A DNA stretch of 20,000 nt from Vermamoeba vermiformis (Eukaryota): NCBI GenBank assembly GCA_045837725.1, contig JBEWZL010000022.1:119715-139714 (forward strand), read 5' to 3'. Below the pieces are notes generated by a model. It was not told the DNA's origin. It saw only the letters and a list, made by a program, of their open reading frames with translations, and did no database searches. The first letter of the stretch is position 1, and each line of letters begins with the position of its first letter. The translations under genes and the position numbers were made by a program. Below, one piece after another: positions 9,354-18,670 of this stretch.

Positions 9354-12300
9354 ATGCAAGTTGATAGTCCGTTGTTTTATCAAGTGTCTCCGTTCAAATT
9401 TAAGTGCCTAATATGCAACATTAATGTTCGTCTATTGGACATCAAAAACCAAAAGCATATTAGTTCGCCGGACCATATAATTAAACATATAAGTTTACGT
9501 AAGTACGAAAAGACAATATTATAATTTAGATAATAATGAATAATTATTAGTGGAAGATATTAAGGCTCAATATGATGCCATTCGACAACGAGAAGAAGAA
9601 CATTATGATCGGATGGAAATTGACAACGAAGACGTACCTAACGAGGAGATTTTTGCTGAGATTGCAGGTCAAATAGGCGACGAAGGTTATTTGTCTGATC
9701 CTTTCTTGATCGAAGGCCTATCATGGTAAGTGTTAGCATTTTGACACGTGTCACATCAGATCTAATTTAAATTTTAATGTTTAAGGTCAATTGAATGCAA
9801 TTTGGTTGATAACAAGGCAAAATTTATGTTAGTTTTCAATGCAACTCCTGATAGATACGCAAGTATCATCTGTCGACTCAAAGCAAAATTAACGACAACT
9901 GATGAAGATCCAACCGAGGAGATTTGTAAGTGTAGTATTATTCGGCAAATCAATTAATATACTCGATACCTAGGTAAAGCGGGTATATTTAATCACCCAT
10001 ATGGTTCGTGCAAGACGGAGCTATTCTCACGCAATCTCAAGGCAGGAGATAAATTCAAAATTGAACTTACGATCGACGTACAGAGCTATCAAGAGGCAAA
10101 GCTTGAAAACCCTGATGACGCACAACCTGTCAAATCAAAGCGAGGAAGGCCTTCGCTTCACCTGAACCACGATAATTGGTCAACGCGGATGTTGTTGGTT
10201 TGGTACCACAACAACCATCATTCACCCTTATCAGGTAAAATAACAGTTCGAAAGAATATGCCAACTAACGTTTATAGAAAACGCGTTGATTCAATTGCTT
10301 GAAATTCTCAAGCATGAATTGTTCAACTTAGCGGATTTACCTTGGTCGATCCACGTACTCAAGAAATGCGACAGATTCGTTTTAGAATCGATGAAATTAG
10401 AGAAATATAAATTTAGTAACGGGCAAATTATTCAATATCATAATTTGCACGAGATAATGCAACGAATTCTGACTTCGATTGAGTTAACGAAAGGTAAGTG
10501 AAACGAATTTAATTATGACATAGCTAACTTGATGACAGATTGGATTGAGTCATCAACAGAAGATTACGATCATCCCTCAAGCGCAGAGGGGTGGAAAGAG
10601 ATCGAAGATCATTATAAAGACTTACTCGCAACGAGGAAAGCCATTCTCGTACTGCCAACTCTTTGGGTCGACAGCTTTGTTGGTGAGCTGACGCGAACCA
10701 AGTCCTTTTGTAGCTTCAGTCTCTCCATGGCCAACTTTTCGACGGAGGTCAATACCAGTCAATGGTTAAATGTATCACTTACGAGTTCGATTGACAGGTG
10801 TCAATGTCGCAAAAGGGTCATTTCTACATCACCACGTTGCCTCCGTCCCTGTTAAAGCTCAAAGACGAGTTCATTAAAGACGTTATACTCGACTTCTTCA
10901 ACAAGCTCGAGAATGGAACGCACATGTGCGTTGATTTCAAGGATCGTCGCGGATTGATTCCAGTAGGAACGCTCTACGCTATTAAGGGTTAGTTGATTGA
11001 TAACATAATCCATTTAACTTACCATCGTAGGTGATCATATGGGAAAGATTGAGTTGGCAGGAATCGTCGCTCCGTCAGGTAATTATCCTTCGTTCTACAC
11101 AACGACCGCGAAGGCTGATTTCAGTGACTTGGATCTCAAGAGGCAATTCCGAAGTCCAACAGAGAGTACGTCATTACGTTCTCTGTTACCCTATTTAACA
11201 ATATTAGGTCTTCGTAAGATTGAAGAAATGCTACGAATGACAAAGACACGAGCAAAAGAGGAACCTCCAAAGCACGGACTTAAACGAAGAAGAGTATGTA
11301 ATTAAAACGAAATATGTCATAACTTACGTTTAAATAGAGCCCATTATGGGATTTGAAACTCTTTGCCAACAACTTCTACCGCCGTTATGCCACTTGCCCG
11401 CTACATCTGTTCACCATGGGGATCGTCGACAAAATGGCTTTATATATGGGTGATGCGAAGACAGTTGCCTATCGAAAACGTAATGTTAGTTGAATAACAT
11501 AATGCGTTGCTTATTTGTGATCAGATATGAGCACAACGTTGAAACAAATGACGGCACCAAATGATTTACCAAAAATAACTATGAATATTTATCGTACAGA
11601 ATCCGGTAAGTAGGACATATCGTAATTTCAGTGTTAATTAATAATTAATTATAAAGATACGAATACGACTTCCTTACCTGGTGGGATGTGGATGTCGTAC
11701 GCGTACTTATCCATCATAGTCCACAAGCAATTGGTAAACTGCAGAGACGCTGCCTTGTATAATATCTCCCTGACAGAGCATCGTTTGTGGAAGCAAGTCA
11801 TGAATAGTGTCATTCGAATTTTAACGACGATCTGGCTGCCCGATCAATTGAAGACCAACGGAGAACTGGAAAAGTTGATCTATTCAATGAAAGCGTCAAT
11901 GCTAGTATGTTAATGATTAATAATCCGATCAAATCTAATATTAGAAATTTAGAAATTATTTCCAAAAGCAAGCTTCGAATTTCCAAACTTTGAAACCTTG
12001 TTCGCTGTACCTTATCAAATTCGTTATCTTGGTCCACTACATTTCCAAACGACGGAACGCGAAGAAGAAATGAACCGATTGAAGAGGCAAATCATTCGTA
12101 ATTTGAATCATAAGGATCCAGCCAACGATCTGACCAGTGCCGTAAGTACAGACCTAAGTAAAACAAATAGATTAATTCGAGTCAGATTGCTATTCGACAA
12201 GCAGCGACAAATGTAATGATCGATGTCGATGATACTAGAATGCCGTTCAACAAGTATTTCAGCAAGTCACGAGACAAGCAAGACACCGTTATCGAGTAAT

Positions 12301-12899
12301 TAACTTGTAGTTTGCAAAATTTAACACTGCCGTTATTAATATTAAATTTAGAAACTTTACCTTATTTGGGGAACGAGCAGAAAGAAACTTGGAACCAAGA
12401 GATCTGGAGCGGATTGAGGACTTGATCCTCACTGACGTGTTGTCCGATGAGCAAGTATCCCTCGTAGGTTGTTACGATGTAAAGGGATTCTACTATGGTT
12501 CATCGAAAATAGTCCCTGACGACCCAAAAAAGACCAATACACGAGAAGGATTGGTTCTTAACGCAAGTAAAATTAGCTGATAATTCGACCATTCTAATCA
12601 TACTTACATAGCACCGATATGATTCTAAAGACCATGTGATCGTTGGGCAGCTGCTTCACGTATTTATCGTCAATGCTCTGATTCAAGTGGTTGACGATCC
12701 CGGATCACAACGAACCGAGGAGTACTCGTTCGTAGCTCTTCGTAGATTGAAGTTGGAGAGTGCATTGTCCAAGGGTGTTAACGACGCAACGTTCTATAAG
12801 GAAATTGAATTTTATCCCCTGGGCTGGAACGAATGTCAGATCGCGTCTCGGGCAACAGTCATCGAAATTAATAACAGAGTTCATGTAACGATTAAATAA
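9354..12899 (+). CDS. CMC/EnSpm/Plavaka-like DDE transposase, 16 exons, about 941 aa
   Basis: Exons 9354-9498, 9551-9725, 9786-9925, 9974-10234, 10278-10493, 10539-10747, 10798-10987, 11031-11165, 11208-11293, 11338-11479, 11525-11605, 11657-11904, 11953-12141, 12186-12295, 12352-12562, 12612-12899 sum to 2826 nt with no internal stop; the last intron is GC-AG. CMC-like blocks in the expected order: LLEIL..LPWS, HPSSAEGW, LWVDSF..SLSMANF, KLENG, YAIKGDHMG..LAG, PLHLFTMGIV, IRYLGPL..TTEREEEMN..NHKD. Confidence 0.8.
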
Positions 12900-12952
12900 T
12901 TTAATTTTTCAAAATAAAAGTCTATTTAATATACTGCAAGAACTTACGTTTA

Positions 12953-14130
12953 TCATTGAGTTATCTGCGAAGCTGGGAAAAGTGCTACTGTCCCTTGATC
13001 GGATCCGCCAGTCAACAGGCGTAATACTTTATCAGTTTTGTAGCTCCATGGATAAACTATGGCTCTTGCGAAATAAATATCAGTAATTAGATTCGGTAAA
13101 ATATTCAATACTATTGTGTATTTGATTGAAACTTTGGTGATCTATTTTAAATACTATCGGGTGACAAAAATTAATTTTGATCGCTGATTATTTACGTAAT
13201 TATATTATTTTATATTATTACGTACCTTGGAGTGCTGTAGTAATTTTAGTGAGCTACATCTGCGATCTTGACATCGCCAACTCCATTTAATGGACTCATA
13301 CTCTGACCAAACTGATATCAATATTCTCTACAGCATAAATTGTTCGTTTTAATGATGTTAAAAATACCTCTATTGTGGTCAAGTGTAAGAGTCGCTCGGA
13401 CAGATGCAGAACGAATTTTTTTTTTTCTCTTCCGTGCTTTCTGTCATTTGTCACTATAATATGTTAGTATACATCGATACTAACCTTACATATACACTTT
13501 CTACCAATTTTGATGACAAAATTTTCCAGCCCGGTGAGAGTGATCTGAGCGCAATTCGCAGCGAAAAAAATTTCATAACAACCGCTCAAATAGAATGAAC
13601 TGTTGCAAAAATATGAATCCCCCTGTATTCGGGGTATGTCAATGATCAACAATGGCCAGTACATCCTCCTGTATTTAATAAATTAACGCGTCTTTGATCC
13701 GGGATACTTCGTTTATCACCACCGACGAATATGGTCTCAATTCTGGCATTATGCAAACCGAATGATAGTGCTACATCACGCTATTTAATATTTCTGGAAT
13801 ATCTCCGCACTGACCAGAATAATCACGTCAGATCGAAGACATTTTCGGTTTTTTTCAATCATCCCGCATTGTATGACCTCACCTGTGTTCACCACAAAAT
13901 ATTCATAAATGTATTGGTTATTATTGGTCCTCGCATATGATAGCGATGCAATGTATTCCGCATCTCAAACCTGAAATCGTTAATCGTAGATCCGCTACGT
14001 AAGAGAGCAAAAGGTAAACCATCTTCATTAAAAAACATTTTATTAACGTTAATAATTAAATTTACAAATATTTAACACTCTGGGCTTGATCTACTTCATG
14101 ATCCTGTGTTTCACCGTTGATCAGCCTATT
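12953..14130 (-). pseudogene. Fragmentary exon-like segments of an unresolved minus-strand gene
   Basis: Several segments bounded by AG/GT with protein-like reading (e.g. DAEYIASLSYARTNNNQYIYEYFVVNT, RMYWPLLIIDIPRIQGDSYF, RILISVWSEYESIKW, AIVYPWSYKTDKVLRLLTGG...*). They could not be joined into one frame. Confidence 0.3.
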
Positions 14131-14199
14131 TTATCGGGTTAATTATCATTAATATTAATTAAACATATTATTACGTCCATATTTACCATCGGATTCCCT

Positions 14200-15483
14200 C
14201 TACGAGCTCGGTTTACGCCGATCTAGTAAAAAATTAAATCTGCTTACCTCCAACTATTTAACGTCTAAAACCCCTTATTATATAATTAAATATATGTAAA
14301 TAAATATATTTTATCATATCTAATATTATAACTTACCTAGCATCGCGGATGTTCGCTTCAAATCTGAGATCCGGTGAATCCAACACTGCCACCCTCGTCG
14401 CCCGTTAGTACCAACACCCTTCGAACCCCTGCTACCATCGCGACACTTCTCTCTGCTCGTGTCTCTTAGCGCCAATGGTACCTATCGGTACCTGGCGCGC
14501 AATCTCCCAGGCCAGCTGGGATTTATTTGTGCAGGGCTTATCATAATGCAGCACTGAAAACACAATGTTGAACATCAATGCTATTCCTCGACTGTACTCC
14601 AAGTCCTTTCGTTCGATGAGGTCTACGTACTTGTACATGAATTGCAAAATAAGCCTATTGCGCCGATTAGTAGGACGGCATTAAGGATTGAACAGTACCT
14701 TAGTAATGGCGTTGATAATGCGCCTTGAAAACAGCCTATGCGTAAGAACCATGAGCCGATGCCTACATGCTTGACACGAGTGCCAGTACACTTCGAAGTC
14801 ATGACCAGATCCATCGTCAGAACGAACTTTGTTATGTCCACTATTGTTTGTTTGTGTATTAATTTCGAATATACTTCTTTGCGTTCGTCGGGGAGTGTGT
14901 AATAAGCTGTTCCGTATTCAACGATAAAGTTCACAATTGTTTTCAGATCGCGCAATGTGAACCATGTTTTGTCCATCACTTCGTCCAGTATTTCCTTGAT
15001 AACCTTCTTGTCATTCGTTCCATTCAGGAGGAACCTCACCTCAAATGTGTCAATATTGTCGTATAAAAACTGGAGGCCGCGAGAAAGCGAAGGAAGAGTA
15101 GATCTAGTGCAAAATTAGCTCATAATTATTTTTAGAGACCCCTATAGTTGGCATTGATTACGTACTTAATGTCGTAGACGGTTTTCCAGTCAATCCGAGA
15201 TTCTGGTAATTCAAATAAATAAATAAAATAAATACTGCCAGATGTGATAGGCATTACCTTTATCGATTGTTGGAATAAGCCAATTGCGTTTACAATCTTG
15301 TTTGTTTGGCAATGAGGACCACGTCTCGAGACATTTTTGTCTCCATAACTCGAGAACTTTGCTCATCTGAAACCATTTTTTATTGACCACGATGCAAGGA
15401 CCTGCAATGGAAAAAAAATGTTAAAATTATTTAGTAAGTCTAGGTATCAGTTAACAGTCTAAGTTCACCGACCAATTTGCTCG
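14200..15483 (-). pseudogene. F-box protein gene, interrupted at its 5' end by the retrotransposon
   Basis: Exon remnant 15473-15483, then 15258-15401, 15166-15202, approx. 14699-15103, 14492-14654, 14337-14386, 14200-14222. These read EQIGPCIVVNKKWFQMSKVLELWRQKCLETW...IDWKTVY..., i.e. the C-terminal half of an F-box plus typical flanking motifs. A canonical TACTAAC branch point lies at 14404-14410. The 3' end is less certain. Confidence 0.65.
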
Positions 15484-15608
15484 ATGCAGCGACACTGCCG
15501 AAGGAAGTTAGCGCCGGAATATTGCACGGAAGTGAACAGCCACGTGCATGTCAAGCTGTCAACACTATTTCCTGGTAATTCTTGGCCGTCCGTTATTACC
15601 TCGCCATT
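15484..15608 (+). repeat. Split direct repeat A1 (minimum extent)
   Basis: 125 nt starting ATGCAGCGACACTGCCG, identical to 19876-20000. Confidence 0.95.
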
Positions 15609-15674
15609 GCAGCACCACAACTCGCTGCTAGATTCGCATTGTAACGTATATTTTTTCTTTTCCTTGGTAATAAA

Positions 15675-17105
15675 ATGAGCGAATCTACGTCGCGATCTGC
15701 AGGCACTCGTGCCAACAACCTGGAATCCCTACGAACAGCTCTTCAACAAAACTCAACAGACCCCAATGCATGGAAGATTACTCTCAGCGGAATCACGAAA
15801 TGGCAGTCACGCATCGACAGCTGTGGATCAGATTTGGAAAATTTTCGCCTGCTAGCAGCCATGGCCCTGGCTATTAATTTGGGTGGTAATTTGAAATTAT
15901 TAGAGCGCAGCCAACCAACAAGTGCGGATTTCCTGGCAGAAATTTACGAGAAAGCGAGAGATGCGTCAGATGCACCGTTGTATATTCCTCTACTTGCACC
16001 CCTGACGAAGAGAATCGAAGAACTAGAGGGAATTCCGCCTATTGATCTGGAACTGGACGTCGGATCAAAGGAGGTGTCTCTTGACGTGGACCAATTTCAG
16101 TCTTTGGCCGAATCGGCTGATCCACAGACCAGAGAGGTGGTGGAGAAGATTCTCCGTAAATCTGTCACCCCAAGCAAGTCCAAGGCACCCAGCAATGCCA
16201 GTTCGCAACCTTCACCGCCGCCGCAGACTCAATCACTTCAAGCCCCGCCAAACAACGAGTCTTTCAATTCGAATGCTACGATGGCTCAGTTTATGAATTT
16301 ACTCCAAGGTTTGGTCCATCAGCAGACGGTCCCGTTGCCAACAAATGCTGCCGTTCCCCCTCACGTGGCGGCCCAACCTCCTCCAGCACCGGGTATGCAA
16401 GCACCTAACGTCGTTCCGAATGCAGCAGCGCAAGTTGGCGCCCCACCACCACCAACGAACTACAGTGCCCCTACGCAGCAAGCTCCACCACAACAAACTC
16501 ACGCTTCAGCAATCCCAGTCACAAGAGGCATCTCACTCCCTTCTACGGCGACAGTCTCGATCCAAGGCTCGGTTTTGCTCCCACGCAATTACTCGAAAGA
16601 AAATCAAGGCAAGAAAGCCTCAGCAGACAACAAGCTCCCGTCCTCAGTGGAGGAGTATTTGCATGCAGCTCTCACTATTGGTGACGATTTGGTGAAGTAC
16701 GTTCCTGGACAGGACGAGTTGCAATACTGTAAGTACATCCGTTGGATCTTTGACCTGCATTGGAACTACACCTGGTCTTCGGTCATGATTCTAGACGAGC
16801 GCTTCCGATATGAGCAGGCGACAGGCTCAAAACAATGGTCAGACCGCCCGTGGGAAATGGTGGTGATGATCCTCGTGCAGAAGACGGGCCAGACTGATTC
16901 AGAGAGACCAGAGAGACCGGAGCAGACAGTCTGCCTCAATTTCAATCGCGAGAAAGGCTGCTCATACAAGCATTGCAAGTTCCCTCACTTCTGCGTGATC
17001 TGCCCAGAGAAGAATTTCAAGCATGGAGCTTTTCATTGCAGCAAGAGGTCGGGAAATGCCAACCCCGGGCAGGCGAATTCATCGGCCGCTCCTGGTCGGG
17101 GGTAG
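15675..17105 (+). CDS. gag: Gag-like ORF1 (476 aa) with C-terminal Cys/His zinc knuckles
   Basis: P/Q/A-rich linker, then YTWSSVMILDERFR...W and CLNFNREKGCSYKHCKFPHFCVICPEKNFKHGAFHC, which is typical of Ngaro/DIRS ORF1. Confidence 0.88.
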   Translation: MSESTSRSAGTRANNLESLRTALQQNSTDPNAWKITLSGITKWQSRIDSCGSDLENFRLLAAMALAINLGGNLKLLERSQPTSADFLAEIYEKARDASDAPLYIPLLAPLTKRIEELEGIPPIDLELDVGSKEVSLDVDQFQSLAESADPQTREVVEKILRKSVTPSKSKAPSNASSQPSPPPQTQSLQAPPNNESFNSNATMAQFMNLLQGLVHQQTVPLPTNAAVPPHVAAQPPPAPGMQAPNVVPNAAAQVGAPPPPTNYSAPTQQAPPQQTHASAIPVTRGISLPSTATVSIQGSVLLPRNYSKENQGKKASADNKLPSSVEEYLHAALTIGDDLVKYVPGQDELQYCKYIRWIFDLHWNYTWSSVMILDERFRYEQATGSKQWSDRPWEMVVMILVQKTGQTDSERPERPEQTVCLNFNREKGCSYKHCKFPHFCVICPEKNFKHGAFHCSKRSGNANPGQANSSAAPGRG

Positions 17106-18670
17106 ACATTGTGGCCAAGCTCAGCACCTTGACAATCAAGTTCTCACTCTGGTCGAAGTTCCTTGAAGGGGATCCTGATAAAGAATTCCTAACAGAGATC
17201 TTTGCACCGGGAGGTGGTTTCAAGATCGTTGGCCCGAATGTCAAGGTGCCTAGCTCTGCGGTGGCCAACTACAAGAGTGCGCTGGATGCGTGGGACATTG
17301 TCGATCGCGACATCAAGCAAGAATTAGCCAGTGGCTTCATTGCACAGGTTGACTTTGTTCCACGGAAGATCAACGCAATCGGCGTGGTCGCAAAGAAGAA
17401 TGGCAAGCTGCGACGCATCACGGACCTTAGCAGACCGAAAGGAAAGGCCCTGAACGAGTTCACCCACACTGTGCACTTCGAATTTGCTTCAATTGACGAT
17501 GCCTGCCGTGTCATCTTGCTCTACAAGATCGTCTTTGGTGGCAAGTTCGATCTAGTCTCAGCTTATCGTCATATCCCAATCTGGCCAGAGCATTGGGATT
17601 TGCTTGGTTTTATGTGGGACGGTGTCTATTACATTGACCTCCGTCTTTGTTTTGGCCTGAACACTGCACCATATGTCTTCTGGCGAATCTCTAATTTTAT
17701 AGTCCGCGTAGGCAACAAATATTACAACGTGGTATTTATCATCCCATACATGGACGACTATCTGGTGCTGTCCCCAGGCAACACAAGAGAAGAAGCGAAG
17801 GACAATTGTACTCGCGACTGCAATAACTTCGCACAATGCCTATCTGACATGGGCTGGGAGATTTCAGCAGAGAAATTCGTTGCTCCCTGTCAAGACCTTG
17901 TCTTCCTCGGTATCCGCATTAATTTGGCTGATAGAGTTCTCTCGTTGCCAGACGACAAGTTGGCAGCCCTGCTCGCGCTGTTGAAAGAGTTCTCCTCACG
18001 CACGTCAGCGATCAAGCGCCAGATCGAGAGTCTTGCAGGGCATCTCAATTTTGCCTGTAAGGTCGTTCGTGGTGGCAGGACTTTCCTTCATCGCATAATC
18101 ACGCTGATGAACACGGTTGATGATCACAATGCAGAGGTGAAGTTGGACGACGAATTTCGCCTGGATGTCCAATGGTGGCTGGATTTCGCATCAGAGTGGA
18201 ATGGCAAAGCAGTAATGCTTGATCCTCATCCTATCGACTCACGCCGCTTCAGTGTTGACGCCTCAAACAAGGCGGTATGTGCCATTTTTGATAATGAATT
18301 TATCATCTTCGAACACGACGACATCACTTCATCGTGGCACATTAACGACAAAGAGTGCTTCGGAGTCTTCATTGCGGCCCTGCGTTGGGGTCATTTATGG
18401 CAGAATTGTCATATCGTTGTGGAATCCGACAATTCTACAACAGTCGCAGCGATCAACTCAGGTTCGTGTCGCTCGAAGAATATCATGCACATGCTGCGAA
18501 AGTTATTTGGCATCTCAGCTCGTTTCAACTTCCACATTACGGCAAAGCACGTGCCAGGCATTCTCAACACTCTCGCTGACGCTGGCTCTCGGCTAAACCT
18601 CACTCCACTTGTCGAGGCGAACTTGTCTATGGTCCCATGCCCTGCGACTGAAAATCTACAATGGAATTAA
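16973..18670 (+). CDS. pol: Reverse transcriptase / RNase H ORF (no ATG start)
   Basis: RT motifs GKLRRITDLS, KFDLVSAYRHIPI, LCFGLNTAP, YMDD, FLGI. RNase H motifs VDAS, INDKE, ESDNSTTV, HVPGILNTLADAGSR. Confidence 0.95.
   Translation: MQVPSLLRDLPREEFQAWSFSLQQEVGKCQPRAGEFIGRSWSGVDIVAKLSTLTIKFSLWSKFLEGDPDKEFLTEIFAPGGGFKIVGPNVKVPSSAVANYKSALDAWDIVDRDIKQELASGFIAQVDFVPRKINAIGVVAKKNGKLRRITDLSRPKGKALNEFTHTVHFEFASIDDACRVILLYKIVFGGKFDLVSAYRHIPIWPEHWDLLGFMWDGVYYIDLRLCFGLNTAPYVFWRISNFIVRVGNKYYNVVFIIPYMDDYLVLSPGNTREEAKDNCTRDCNNFAQCLSDMGWEISAEKFVAPCQDLVFLGIRINLADRVLSLPDDKLAALLALLKEFSSRTSAIKRQIESLAGHLNFACKVVRGGRTFLHRIITLMNTVDDHNAEVKLDDEFRLDVQWWLDFASEWNGKAVMLDPHPIDSRRFSVDASNKAVCAIFDNEFIIFEHDDITSSWHINDKECFGVFIAALRWGHLWQNCHIVVESDNSTTVAAINSGSCRSKNIMHMLRKLFGISARFNFHITAKHVPGILNTLADAGSRLNLTPLVEANLSMVPCPATENLQWN

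Larger units (their letters stand above)
5402..12920. mobile_element. Candidate CMC-superfamily (EnSpm/CACTA/Plavaka-like) DNA transposon; boundaries unresolved
   Basis: Contains a CMC-like DDE transposase gene and divergent accessory ORFs. CACTG at 5402, just after the 3' end of the host gene, is a possible left terminus. No matching right TIR was found in the window. Confidence 0.55.

Noticed and set aside
14248-14253. 6-nt microexon TTGGAG on the minus strand
   Set aside because: The following intron would be only 25 nt, far shorter than others here, and skipping it keeps the same frame.
15484-15678. 64-aa ORF starting at the first base of repeat A1
   Set aside because: Lies in the terminal repeat/leader with no protein features; at most a uORF overlapping the gag start, and unsupported.
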